Shown here piece by piece: positions 11,086-24,426 of a DNA stretch of 64,000 nt. The stretch comes from Vicugna vicugna. Its lineage: Eukaryota. The stretch lies in assembly GCA_013265495.1 (NCBI GenBank), contig MU058836.1, forward strand, positions 806,001 to 870,000, written 5' to 3'. A program made the position numbers and the translations under genes. The notes under the pieces are model-generated. The model had not been told where the DNA came from. It searched no databases and saw nothing but the letters and a program-made list of their open reading frames with translations. Within the stretch, counting starts at the first letter, position 1, and each line of letters starts with the position of its first letter.

Positions 11086-12459
11086 TTCATTTCTTTCATC
11101 TTAAAGCAACCTCTTCCTCATCTGCCTTGCAGGGCGCTCTGGCAGCCCAGGATTTGGGGGCTACATCTGGGAATTCCTGCGGTACCCTACCATCATCTCT
11201 CAGCATGGAATGAATTATTCCCCACTAGGTCCTCCCTGCTGGAACAGGTGCTTGCTGAGGGCAGAGACAGCCTGTATCTCCCTGTTGCCAGGGCCTGGCT
11301 CCCAGGAGCTGCTCAAGCAAATACTGTTGACTACCGGAAGGGAAGAAGCTGTTTCTGGATTTTGAACACGCGTCTCTCCCCTCAGGCTTTGCCCTTCTAA
11401 GCTGTGGAGTCCCAGTTGTCCTCTCTGAGCTACTTGCGTATGCTGGGTCTCAGAGAGGCCTCAAACGGCCTTCTGTCATCAGGGCGTGTGCGGGTGTGCA
11501 CGCATGTAGGTGCAGATGCAGGAACGTGCGATCCGGTTATTCAAGTTACACAGCATCGTACTGAAAACCCCAGAGCACCGGGCTGTCCTCATTTATGAGT
11601 TTAAAAATAACAACCCCTTCCATTCATTCAAAAGTGGTTTATGGTTTGCAAGGTACTTCTGCCTCCCTTCACTCAGGGCAGGACGCACAGCCACCTTGGG
11701 AGGCGGGGTGGGAGGTGGGTGCTCCTCCCTGCTCCCACTTTACCGATGGGGCCACTGAAGCCCAGGGCGGGCGGGGAACTGATCTGCCAAGCGCACACAG
11801 ATCCAGGTCCCCCAGCGCCGAGTTCAGAGACTTCCTCGCACATAGAGACGGCCTGGATAGACCAGCTTGGTGGTGTCTGTCCAGGGTGGACACAGAGAGG
11901 AAGTTGAGCTGCTCTCATGCCCTGGCTTGTCACTAAGGTTCTGTTTTGGTCAGGAGCTTGTGTCTCAGGACAGGCTGAACCAGAGACAGGAGCCTCACAG
12001 TGAAAAGCAATGCTTTGTTCAATAACTGTGACTCCTCAGAGCCTCGGCTCTGCCCCCGTGCTGTGCCGGGCAGGTTTACTTCCGAGTTCACTGAGCATTG
12101 TGTCCTGCCTTCTGGAATTCACAGAGGAAATGCTTGACCCAGCCCAGGCTGGAAGATGAGGTAGGGGGTCAGAGAAGCCTCTGTGAGCATGAAAGTCTGA
12201 GCTGGGTCTTCAGGCAGGAGTAGGCATTAGCCGGGCCAGGGGTGCCAAAGATGAGGAGACAGGGAGACAGGCTGGGGAGGCAGGAGGACCAGGCAGGGAA
12301 AAGGCATTAAGACAGAGAAAGAGCAAAGGCACATTTCAGGTCTCTGTACACCTCCTTCATGAGCTGTACTTCCTCTGACTACCATCTGTACAGTGTCTAC
12401 ATAATATTTTAATTGACTATTTCTTAAACATAAATGCATTTTTTAAAAAAAGAGATACT

Positions 12460-12960
12460 ACATTGACAGATGGCTGGATAAAGAAGATGTGACATATATG
12501 TAATGGACTACTAGTCAGCCATAAAAAGAATGAAATAATGCCATTTACAGCAACATGGGTGGACCTGGAGGGTATTATGCTAAGTGAAATAAGTCCGACA
12601 GAGGAAGACAAATACTGTGTGTTTTCACGTATATGTGAAACCTAAAAGACGAAACACAAATATAACAAAACAGATTCACAGATACAACAAACTAGTGGCT
12701 ACCAGAGAGGAGGGGTGAGAATGGGTTAAGTAGGTGAAGGGGATTAAGAAGTACAAACTATTAGTTATAAAATAAATAAGTCACAGGGATGTCATGTATA
12801 TGGCACAGGGACTATAGTCAATAATGTTGTAATAACATTGTATGATGCATAATCTATAAAAGCATCAAATGTCTAGGTTGTATATCTGAAACTAATATAA
12901 TATTGTAAGTCAACTACACTTCAATAAAATTTTTTTTAAACTAAAAAAATTTTTTTAAAT
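12460..12960 (+). mobile_element. L1 3' UTR fragment
   Basis: ggataaagaagatgtg...caacatgggtggacctggagggtattatgctaagtgaaataag...aagtcaactacacttcaataaaa. Confidence 0.9.
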
Positions 12961-13612
12961 AAGAGACTCTATATCCTAGGGTTGCTTGCTAATTACTTTT
13001 TTCCTAATACACATTAAAGCAAATTCCCAAGTATTTGAGGGAAAGACAGTCATCCTTTTTCCCCCCTGAAATCATCTGCTGGACCCAGGTAGAATGGGTA
13101 CCACATTTGGCAGAGAGTGAGCCAAGGCACGGCTGTGCATAAGAATGTGGGGTGTGGAGGAAACTCTGACAGAGTGAGCGTGAGGCGGGAGGATTATGAT
13201 GTGAGGTTTGAGGGCTGAATGGGGCCTGGACTTGAAAGGGCTTGTGTGCCTGGCTAAGGAGCCGGACTGGATCCTCTCCAAGTCAGGAACGGGCAACCAC
13301 TGAAAGTCTGTGCTGTGAGCTACCCATTAGGCAGGGGGAAACCCTCACCTCCTTCTTGTGGCTCACATGATCTTTGAAGGTCTCGTCTTAAAGGGCTCCC
13401 ATAAACCCCAATTATCAGGAAATTGAGGAGGCAAAGCTCTAAACAGAGAGTGAGCCAGAAAACCATCTCCCTGACAGCTCAGTGACTTTGGGCAAGTCCT
13501 ATTACCTCTCACAGCCTCAAGCATTCTGTCTGTAAATTGGGCACATGCCAGGGTGCCCAGGGCAGGACGTAGAGGTTACAAGTCACAGCCTCCTTTCCCA
13601 TTTCCCTGTAGA

Positions 13613-13800
13613 TTGGGTTTCTCAACCTTGGCAATATTTGACACTTTGGGCCCAATAATTCTTTGCTGGGAGGAGCTGTAGAATGGTCAGCAGCATCTTT
13701 ACCCTCTACCCACTATATGCCAGTAGCCTCTTCTCAGTTATGACAACACTACAAAAATCTCCAGATGTTGCCAGATGTCCCCTGGAGGAGGAGGATGGCA
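13613..13800. mobile_element. MER20-like hAT DNA transposon
   Basis: tttctcaaccttggcaatatttgacactttggg...atctccagatgttgccagatgtcccctgg. Confidence 0.8.
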
Positions 13801-14659
13801 CCCAGACTGGTCTTTAGAGAGGTGGAGTGTCGGACAGGTCCTGGTGGCCTCGACAATGTTGGCTGAAGATGGATTCAGGAGAGCAGAGGGCTTCCTGCAG
13901 AGGAGCCCACACCTCCCAAGTTCAGAACCCCAGATAGGGAAGGAATAGTTGATGGCAGAGTTTTTGTCATTGACTCTGTGACTGAAAAGATGACTCATGG
14001 ATTCCCTAAGTAATGTCTCCTGGGGAGGACACCCCAGAAGGGCCACACGCTCCCAGCACTCAAAGGTGTGACCCACTGCTCCCCTGGGTGGGCCCGTCCT
14101 CCTGGATAAGGCAGACCGCAGCGGGAGGGCCGACCGCGGGGCTTAGAGCAAGTGTGAGAAGAGTCAGGATGACTCCCCAGTGGGGCCGTGGACTCACACG
14201 CTTTCCAGGTCCTAGAACTCGGTCAACCTGTTCTTTGACTCATAAGAATAATTGTAGTAATAGCACCACTAAGCATCTACTGTATACCATTGCACACACT
14301 TAACTAATCCTCACAATGCTTTATCCCAATTTGATACATGAGGAAATTGAAGCTCCGCGGCATTGGGAAATTTGCATGACGTTGCGACCGTGAAGCAGAA
14401 GGCACCAAGTACAAAGCGTAGACAGCAGGCTTCAGCCTAGATCTGTCTAATTCCAAATCCCGTGTTATTTCTCTTGTGTCAGGCTACAAGCTCTCCTTCC
14501 TGGCGATGCTGTGAAAAAAGGAGACCCCGCTGAAGTGGGCAGGGGCGCTGGGGTTAAAGGATCACGGTCACTGACGCCTCGGCTGTGGCCTTGGGTGCTG
14601 GAGCTTAAAGCCACGTGCACGTGAACCGGAGAACATGGCCACTGATACTTTTAACCTTG

Positions 14660-15470
14660 TGAAATAAAACCCAGTGACAGCAAGTCACACAAGCGCATAA
14701 CTCGGTGAGTTATTGTAAGACACACATCTTCCACCCAAGGCAACAAGTGGGACGTTGTCAGACCCCCCCAGAAGCCCTCCACGTGCCTCATCCTCTTTAT
14801 TGCCCCAGCCCCTCTCCCAGGTAACCACAATCCTTGATTTTCAGAGTAGTTATTTCCTTGAATTTATCATCCAATTAGGCACATCGAAACATTAGAGTCT
14901 TTCCTTTTTGAAAAACGTGCTGTATCTCTGAAGTTAAGGTTTTAAATTTTATTTTTTATCGAAGTGTAGTTGATGCACGATGTTAGTTTCAGGTGTGTAG
15001 CAAAGCGATTCAGTTGTACGTAAAGTCTATTTTGATCAAGGAGTTTCCCCTTCATCCTTTCCTTTCCACGCACTTTGTATACCGAGGAACTCTACAGGTT
15101 GACCTGTAAAGGTTTTCAGTCCGAATTTGGCTGGTTGCCTGCTCTGGGTGCCATTTAACATTTTCCTCTGTCTCCTATATTCCCTGCAAAGTAGCAGCTG
15201 GACTGAAAGGCTTTATCAGACACAGAGTGATCCCTTTGGCAGTCCTGTGGGTGGCATCGCATTCTTTCACCAGAAGACTCATGATGTCTCATTTTCATTC
15301 CTTTCTTTATGTTGGCAGACATTGACACTCCATGCCTAGATCTGTTAATTCACTGGGAGTTGAAAAAATGATACTATTCTAATTCCAGCATTTTGTTCTC
15401 ATTTCCTATTTGGAAAATCTAAGAAGACACTTTCCCTCATCTGTTACTTGGTTGCACAGTGGTGTGTTCA
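14660..15470 (-). mobile_element. Old L1 (L1M-type) fragments with a younger L1 tail at about 14945-15020
   Basis: Degenerate L1 3' UTR-like sequence; tttatcgaagtgtagttgatgcacgatgttagtttcaggtgt. Confidence 0.5.
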
Positions 15471-15543
15471 TCTCTCACATCTGATTATGGAGGGGAAGTA
15501 GGTGTCTTTTTATACAAGAGGCTGATTTCTCTCAGTCTGTCTA

Positions 15544-16120
15544 CAAATCTTCCTCGGCTCAGGATGGGGCTATGCCCCAATAAACCCATTGTAAGTTGAA
15601 AATACCATCAGTTGAAAATGGATTTAGAGGGGTGGGTACAGCTCAGTGGTGGAGCACAGACTTAGCATGCACAGGGTCCTGGGTTCAATCCTCAGTATCT
15701 ACATTAAAAAAAAAATGCATTGAATACACCTAACCTCTGGAACATCATAGCTTAGCCTAGCTTATATTAATACATGCCGCAAACACTTACATTAGCCTGC
15801 CGCTGGGCAATCACTAAACACAAAGCCTATTTTATAATGAAGTGTCGAATATCTCATGTAATCTATTGAATGCTGTATGAAAACTGAAAAACAGAATGGT
15901 GGTAAGTGTAACTTTTTTTCCCCTTGTGGTCATGTGGCCACAGGGAGCTGCGGTTGCCCCTGCCCAGCGTCTCAAGAGAGGATCGCAGGGCATGTCAGTA
16001 GCCCAGGAGAAGATCAAAATTCAAAATTTGAAGTCCAGCTTCTACTGAATGTGTATGACTTTGGTCTGGTGTAAAGTAGAAAAATCGTAAGTTGAAGCAT
16101 CCTAAATTGAGGACTGTCTG
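15544..16120. mobile_element. MER82-like TcMar-Tigger element interrupted by a Vic-1-like SINE
   Basis: TA before the left end; ataaacccattgtaagttgaaaata...acatcatagcttagcctagc...cgtaagttgaagcatcc...ggactgtctg. Confidence 0.8.
15627..15715 (+). mobile_element. Vic-1-like SINE
   Basis: A/B boxes, A tail, imperfect TSD aaaatg(g/c)att. Confidence 0.9.
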
Positions 16121-17779
16121 CGTCTATTTTCCCATCTTTCCCCAGTTTAATTTCTTCTATTGTATCTTCAAATTCAACCTGCCCATTAGCTAGAGCCCCG
16201 TGTCATTTTCCGTGTGCTCAGTCTCTCTCATCCCAGATCAGTGCTCCTCCAGGCAGCCCATGTTACAATTACTGCCCTGGTTCGCCCCTGCCTTTCAGAC
16301 TGTGTTTTGGGAAAGCATTTATGCTCACTTGCTCCATGTCTCTTTCTCCTCTCATCCTTTGGCTCCCTCATGGCTGGCTCTCATCCCCACCCTCCAGGGA
16401 ACCTGCGCCAGCACGGTCTCCATCACGTGAAGTCCATGTGAAAGGAGTTTGGCTTTGGGGACCCCGTATCAATCAACGGACACAGGAAGGTTGTTTGAGC
16501 TGGGTCCCACATCTTAATGGTCTCTGATATAATCTCCAAATAAGGGTGTGCACGTAGTCTGTGCATGTGTGTTCAGGACATTGATTTGTTAACTATGATA
16601 GCTCTCTTCCTTTTCAGGCACTTTTTCGTTAAAAAATAGATAAACCAGGACCCTCAAAAATGAAAGTGACCCCAGCCTCATTCAGTCTCCAGAAAAGCCC
16701 TGTGGGAACCATCTGGGAGGCTTGGCTGAGGGGGCACTGGGGGCAGTGATGTGGGGAAGGGAAGGGAAGACCCCAGACCCTAGTCTGTAAGTCCCTTCTT
16801 CCTCTCTGCACCTCCATCCACTTCCTCGGCTCCCAGCTTACCTCTTAGCTGACCAGGTTATCACGCAGATGCAAACTACAGTGAAATCACACAGGCATAA
16901 GAACTTCCTCCAGGGCAACCATTATTTAGAAAAGCCAGCCAGGATCTCTAGCAGCATTCTTTCTTAAATGGACTCGACTAAATCAGAAACTCTCAAAAGG
17001 CACTGCCTGTCATAAGGGTAAGAGGAGTGTTTCGAGGAATCTGGTGCAGTTACACATACACGCACACCGATACACGTCTGTGTATGCATGTACTGGTTGT
17101 GATGCAAAATATACTTCTTACTCTAGGCTACTTTTTAGTTTGTAAATGCTGCATTATAGATACCTCCACATCTATCTTCCTTGAGAATGGGGATTGAAAC
17201 ACACCACTAATAAAACAGCTAGGGGTTTCCCTTTAATGGCAGGTAGTCTGTGAGGTTCCTGCTAAAAGCTCACAAAGCCTGTTCTGTGGCTGTACTGGAC
17301 TCCATTTCCATCCTCCTGTCCTGATGCCATGATTGTTGCAGCCATTTCTACAGCTTCATACACGATTTATTTATGCAAGAGCTGGTCTCCTTTTATGTCG
17401 GTGTGTCCTGTCCCCTGGACACTGCAAATTCCCGTGGGGTGGAGCCTGTGTTGGCAAAGGCGGGGAGAAAACAGCATGGGATATGGAGGCAGATGCCTCC
17501 AGACTTGAAGCCAGGGTCCACTGCTTACTGGCTGGGCGACCCTGAGCAAGCCATGTATTGTGTGAGCCCCTAGAAGTTAATGAAACCGTACCTGGTAACT
17601 TATTGGAGGCAGATTGGCTTGAATACTGGAACCTCAGTGTTTTATAATGGAGTCGTATTTGCTCAGAAATCTTTACACCAGAACCTCATCTCTTTGCTTT
17701 ATAGCACTCGTGTTAGGTGGAAAGGACTAACAAAACCTTCAGGGGTTCCTTGTCCCTTATTAGATTTTTCATTTCTGAT

Positions 17780-18085
17780 TTTCTTCCAGTTTTATTGAGA
17801 TGTAATTGACCTTCAGGGCTGTATATGTTTTAAGGTGTACAGCATAATGACTTGACTTACGTACATCACGGAATGATTACATCACCATCAGTTCAGTGAC
17901 TATCCATCAGCTCATAGAAAAAATTTTTTCATAGAGATACAAAATTAAAGAAAGAAAAAATATTTCTTTTTTGTGATGAGAACTCTTAGGATTTACTCTC
18001 TTAACAACTTTCATAAATAACATACAGGGGTGTTAATTTTTTTTTCAAGAATGTTATTTATTATGTTGTACATTACATGCCCCCT
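17780..18085 (-). mobile_element. L1 3' end fragment
   Basis: ttttattgagatgtaattgac...tgtgatgagaactcttaggatttactctcttaacaacttt. Confidence 0.85.
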
Positions 18086-18987
18086 TACTAGGTTTTTATT
18101 TTTTTAATTTTCATTTGGAAATAATGCCCAACTTACAAACATCACAAAAGCAAAAAAAAAAAAAACAAAAACAAAAACATAAAAACAAAAACAAAAGAGG
18201 TGCAAGTCACCTCTTATACCATTTACCCAGATTCACCTCTCGTTAAGATTTTACTGTTTTTGAGAGTAAGTTACATGCATGATGGCCATTTACCCCTAAG
18301 TACTTCAGTGCATATATCCTAAGGCTGGGGACATTCAGCTCCAATCAACTTCAGTGATCAATTTCATATATTTACATACGAGATTTTGTCTGCTGTACTG
18401 TCCACATTTCAAGTTGTGTCAGTTGATTTATATTAGGTTTTGACTGTATGGAGTCTTGTCTCATGGTGCCAGATTTGGCCCTTGGAATTCACAACTTGCA
18501 GCCGTGAAAAGGTTCATCTGGATTCTTTCCTGCTTTCAGGGTAAGGATTGGAATAGGATAGGAGGAAAATGAATTTTGCAATGAGGTCCTTCAAATCATT
18601 GCCAGGAGCATGCTCAGTTCTGCTAGAGACCGACACCAGTTCCTTCAATGACCAGTGTCGGGGTGGTGGGTTGGGGGCTAAGGCCTAAAGATGGGGAGGG
18701 GCTTGTCTTAGACCCTGAGGTCATGGGGCCATTGAGTGGACGAGTTCAAGTCAGAAACAATCAAACATCAGAGGCCTGAAGCATTTCACTCCACCAGTCT
18801 CTTCTTAGAGATGGCATTATCAGCATTATTTACTAAGGGAACCTCAGTTTGCCTTCTTTCTCCCAACACCCAGGAAATTTGACCCAATTAATAATAATGA
18901 TAAAAAATAGACAGCATTCATTGACTGCTTGCTCTGAGGCAGACACTGCATGATCCCATTTAATTCTTATTAAGTCTTACTTCTCTA

Positions 18988-19096
18988 GGGAGGGGTAGAG
19001 CTCAGTGGTACAGTGTGTGCTTAGTATGTACCAGGTCCTGGGTTCAATCCCCAGTACCTCTGTTTAAAAAAAATTAAGAACAAACAAGAAAAAAAA
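18988..19096 (+). mobile_element. Vic-1-like SINE within a MIR
   Basis: A/B boxes and A tail; MIR core (ccccattttccagatgatgaaactgaggc) follows. Confidence 0.9.
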
Positions 19097-19517
19097 TCCT
19101 ACTATTAACAAGCACTACTGTCATCCCCATTTTCCAGATGATGAAACTGAGGCTTGGCCAGGTTCAGTAACCTAACCAAGGTCCCACCCTTAGAATGTAA
19201 ATCTGTCAACACTTGAGTCTAGGCTTCTGTATTGAATTTCTTTAACCATAGCACTGTGAGGAACAGAGTGAGCCCTGGGGGGCAGGAGTTTCAGAGGAGT
19301 TGGTGAGGGTCAGGCTTCTCAAATATGTCCCAAAACTCACATCAGAACAGCCAGACATGCGCCGATACTTCCTTCCCTTTTGTCCCTCCAACTGCCCATT
19401 TCAAAAAGCATGAGCATAAAGTTCAAAGTGGATCGGGGAATTCCTCAAGGCTCCAGGGCTATTCTAGGTAGAGATTTGACCCAGGCCTGCCATTTTTCTT
19501 AAATACTGCTACCCAAG

Positions 19518-19562
19518 CAGGCAGATGATATGTGATGTGATCAGGCAGATGATATGTGATGT
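19518..19562 (+). repeat. Tandem duplication, 24-bp period
   Basis: caggcagatgatatgtgatgt repeated. Confidence 0.9.
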
Positions 19563-20529
19563 ACTTCTGATGAGCAGGATGCACAGAGTTTTGTAAGGAA
19601 AGCTCAAACAACTGTGTTGCCAGGACAAACTTGAAAGCCACTTGCTGGTTTCAACACTGTTTCTTATGTGGCAGAACAGGACAATAGTTACCTCGGCTCC
19701 AAGTCCTGAAGTTTTCAGATCATCTCACGTTTATCTGATCACGTCTTTATTCCATAGCTGCCACCATCAGCAATCGCAGTCAGAGGCTGATTTTAGGAAG
19801 GAACAGCCTTTTAGGTGTGGGCTGGGGTGTGGCACAGTAGCAGGAGGGCTTAATCTGATCTGAGTGACAACCCACTGAGTCACCTGATTTCTCCTACTTT
19901 GGTGTCCTTAGTCATTCACCCATTCTTTCCAAAGATTTATTAAGCATCCATCACATGCCAGGCACTGTTCTAGACGCTGATGCAGCAATGAATCAAGGTA
20001 AGTCAAGTCCACCTTACGTTTGAGTTTGTGAAATGCCAAACTCACACAGTTGCAAAAGCAAATAGAGATAAGAGGTTCTGCGTCACTCACTTTTCCAGCT
20101 TTCGTCTTCTCTGTTCTAACACTAATCACTGGAGGGGAGCGGAGTAGAGTCTGAGCCACAGTGACTGGGAAGGACTGGCGGTCTACCTGCAGACCAAGAG
20201 GGGAGCAGGTCCCGTCTCAGGGAAGTTCACGCTATGGGGCACTGGGCAGCCCAGGCGACTGTATTTATGTAAAATTCCCCAGGTGATTATACTATTCGGG
20301 CAGAAATGGGGATCTCAGACTTGTTCTGCTGATTAAGCCTCAGTTTCCTGAGTCCTAGGATTGGGATGGTACCTCCCATCCAAGGACTTGGGAGAATTAA
20401 ATGATAGAAGACCTTCAATTTGTATTAATTTCTTTGATAATGTTTTCCTCTGAGAATGCTTCTGAGCTTCACATTCAGCGGTAGTAAAAGTTCTCTTTAT
20501 ACGCACATATGTTGATTTGCTAGGAGTGA

Positions 20530-23500
20530 TTTCACCCCAAAGCAGCAGGATACACGTTCTTCTCAAGAGCACACATAACAATGTCCAGAATAGATCATGT
20601 CAGGCCACAAAAGTCTTAAAAATTTAAGAAGACTGGAATCATATCAAGTATTTTTTCCGACCACAACAATATGGAACTAGAAATCAATAACAGAAGGAAA
20701 ATCAGAAAATTCAAAAATAGGTGGAAATGAAACAATACACCCCTAACAACCAACGGGTCACGGAAGAAATCAAAAGGGCAATCAAAAAACGTCTTGATAT
20801 AAATGGAAATAAAAATACAACATGCCAAAACTTACGGGGTGCAGCAAAAACAGTACTTAAGAGAGAAGTTTATAGCAATAAACACCTACATTAAAAAAGA
20901 AGAAATATCTCAGAGAAATAACCTAACTTTTCACCTAAAGGAACTAGAAAAGGAAGAACAAAAAAAGCCCAAAATTAGCAGAAGGAAGGAAATAATAAAG
21001 ATTAGAGCAGAAATGAAGGAAGTAGTGTAGAAAAACAGTAGAAAAGATCAACAAAACTAACAGTTGGGTTTTTTTTAAAAGCTAAACAAAATTGACAAAT
21101 CTTTAGCTAGACTAAGGAAAAAAAGACTAAAATTAAAAAAAAAAGAAAGAAAGTAGAAGATATTATAACTGATGACACAGAAATACAAAGGATCATAAAT
21201 GACTATTATGCACAAGTTATATGCCAACAAACTGGGTAACTTGGAAGAAACGGATAAAATGCTAGAAACATACAGCCTACCAAGACTGACTCGTGAAGAA
21301 ATAGAAAATGTAAACAAATCAATAATGAGTAAGCAGATTGAAGCAGTAATCAAGAACCTCCCAATAAAGAAAAACCCAGCACCAAACGGCTTCACTGGTA
21401 AATTCTACAAAACAGTAAAAGAATTACTGCCAGTACTTCCAAAGTCCTTCCAAAAAATTGAAAAGGAGGAAACATTTCCAAACTCATTGTACAAGGCTAG
21501 TATTATTCTGACACCAAAGCCAGATAAGGATACTGCGAGAAAACAAAATCATAGGCCAATGTCCCTGACAAGCGCAGATGCAATAATCCACAGCAAATAG
21601 TAGCAAAGCAAAGTCAACAGGATCAGCCGCCATGACCAAGTGGGATTCATCCTTGGGGTGCAAGAATGGTTCAATATACCTAAACAATAAATATGATAAA
21701 TCATAATAACCGAACAAAGGATTAAAGTATATAATCATTTCAATACATGCAGAAGTATTTTTAAAAATTCAATACTTTTCATAATAGAAACACTCAATAA
21801 GCTAGGTATAGAAGGACTGTACCTCAACATAGTGAAAGCTATATATGGCAAGCCTACAGCTAACATCATACTCAGCAGTGGAAAAACTGAAAGCTTTTCC
21901 TCCAAGATCAAGATCAAGGATGCCCAGCTTTGTCATTTCTACTTAACACAGTACTAGATTTCCTAGCCAGAGCAATTGGACCAAAAAAATAAAAGAAGAA
22001 AGGAAGGAAGGAAGGAAGAAAGAAAGAAAGGAAGGAAGGAAGAAAGGAGGGAAGGAAGGAAGGAAGGAAGGAAGGAAGGAAGGAAGGAAGGAAGAAAAGG
22101 AAAGGAAAGGAAAGGAAAGGAAAGGAAAGGAAAGGAAAGAAAAGAAAAAAGAAAAAGGAATGAAAGTCATGCAAATATAAATATAAAAGGAAGAAGTAAA
22201 ATGTCTGTTTGCAGGTGACGTGATCTTATAAAAAGGAATCCCCAAAGATTTTACCAAAAAACTGTTACAACTAATAAACAAATTAAGTTGCAGGATAGAA
22301 AATCAACACACAAAAATCAGTTGTGTTCTATACAATAATAACAAACTATCTGGGAAAATATATCTAAAAAAAAATCCCCTTTACAATAGTATCAAAAAAA
22401 AAAAAAACCTCAGGAATTAATGCAACCAAGAAGATGAAAGACTTCAACATTGAAAACTACAAAACAATGAAAGAAATAAAAGAAGGCAAAAATAAATGGA
22501 AGACTATCCCATGTTTATGGATTGAAAGACTTAATATTGATAAAATGTCCATACTACCCAAAGTGATCTACAAATACAATACTTTCCCATCAAAATCCCA
22601 ATGGAATTTTTTACAGAAATTAAAAAAAAAATCCTAAAATTCAGTGGAACTACCAAAGACCCAGAAGAGCCAAAGTAATCTTGAGAAAGAAGACTAAAGT
22701 TGGAGACATTACACTTCCTGATTTCAAAATATGGTACAAAGCTATAATAACTAAAATAGTATGATACTACAATTGAGGCAGGCATATAGACCAAGAGAAT
22801 GGAATAGAGAGCCCAGAAATAAATCCACGTATATACAGTTAACTGATCTTCGACAAGGGTGCCAAGAATATACAATGGGCAAAGGACTGTCTCTTTGACA
22901 AATGCTGTTGGGAAAACTGGGTATCAACATGCAAAAACATGAAACAGAAACCCTATATTACACTGTACACAAAAATCAACTCAAAATGGATTAAAGACTT
23001 AAACATAAGACCTGAAACCATAAGCTCCTAGAAGAAAACATATGGAAAAAGCTTCTTGACAGTGGTCTTGGCAGTGATTTCTTGGGTATGACAGCCAAAG
23101 CTCAGGCAGCGTAAGAGACACGCGGGATTGCATCATGACTACAGCGTTAAAAAGTTCTGCACAGTATGGGAAACAATCACCAGCGTGGAAAAAGAGAAAA
23201 TATTTGCAAACCATTCATCTGATAAGGGGTTAATATCCAAAATATATAAGGAATGCATACAACTCAATAGCAAAAAAAAAAAAAAATCCCAAATAGACCA
23301 ATTTTTCAAATGGGCAGAGGACTTGAATAGACATTTCTCCAAAGAACACATACAAATGGCCACTAGGTATGTGAAAAAGTGCTCAACATCACTACTCATC
23401 AGGTAAACACAAATTAGAACCTGACACCTGTTAGGACAGACCACTATCTACACAACAGAAGATAAAAAATGTTGGTAAGGATGCGAGGACATTGGAACCC

Positions 23501-24322
23501 TTGTATACTGTTGATGGGAGTGTGAAATGGTGCAGTCAATAGGAAAACAGTACAGAGCTTCCTCGAAAAAGTGAAAATAGAGCCACCATATGATCTGGGA
23601 GTCCCACTTCTGGGTATATATCTGAAAGAACTGAAATCAGGATCTCGAAGAGACACCTTCACGCCCGTGTTCACTGCAGCAGTATTCACGATAGCCAAGA
23701 TACGGAACTAACCCAGTGTCCATCAACAGGTGAATGGATGACGAAAATGTAAATAGCCTTTAAAAAAAAGAGAGAGAGAGAGAGAAGGCAGTCTTACCAT
23801 GTGTGACAACATGGATGAACCAGGAGGACATTATGCTAAATGAAATAAGCCAGTCACCAAGGGGCACATACTGCATGAGTCCCCTTTCATGAGGTATCGA
23901 AAACAGTCAAACGCACAGCAGCAGAAAACAGACTGGTAGTTGCCAAGGGCTGGGGGGAGGAGGAAATAGGGAATTGTTGCTCAGGAGGCATGAAATTTCA
24001 GTTATGAAAGATGAGTAAGTTCTAGAGATCTATCAGACAACATAGTGCCTATAGTTATAATACGATGTTGTGCATTTAAAATTTTAAGAGGGTAGATCTC
24101 ATGTTACAAGTGCGCACACACACACACACACAGACACACAAAGGGACGCCAGGAAACTCGTGGAGGTGATGGATATATCTACTACTTTGATTGTGGTGGT
24201 GAAATCACGGCTTATATGTATAGGTCCAAACTCATCAAATTGTACACATTAAACAAATGCAGTTTGGAGGGTATACAGTTATACCCCAATAAAGCTAAGT
24301 AAGAAACAAACACATTAAAAAA
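20530..24322 (+). mobile_element. 5'-truncated, degenerate L1 (about 3.8 kb; ORF2 from endonuclease C-terminus to 3' UTR, L1MA/L1MB-type end)
   Basis: ORF2 peptides [51 protein letters not shown], degenerate SLFAGD RT motif at about 22203, [18 protein letters not shown]; many stops and frameshifts. Confidence 0.97.
21990..22160 (+). repeat. Compound polypurine microsatellite (GGAA)n/(GAAA)n then (GGAAA)n inside the L1
   Basis: About 170 nt of pure purine. Confidence 0.97.
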
Positions 24323-24331
24323 AAGTTTTTT

Positions 24332-24426
24332 GAGGGGAGGATAATAGCTCATTGGTAGAGTACATGCTTAGCATGTATGAGGTCTTGGGTTCAATCCCCA
24401 GTACCTCCACTAAAAAAAAAAAAAAA
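24332..24426 (+). mobile_element. Vic-1-like SINE at the L1 3' end
   Basis: A/B boxes and A tail. Confidence 0.9.

Noticed and set aside
20530..24322. Active L1 or domesticated reverse transcriptase gene
   Set aside because: 5'-truncated, many stops and frameshifts, and the catalytic FADD is degraded to FAGD
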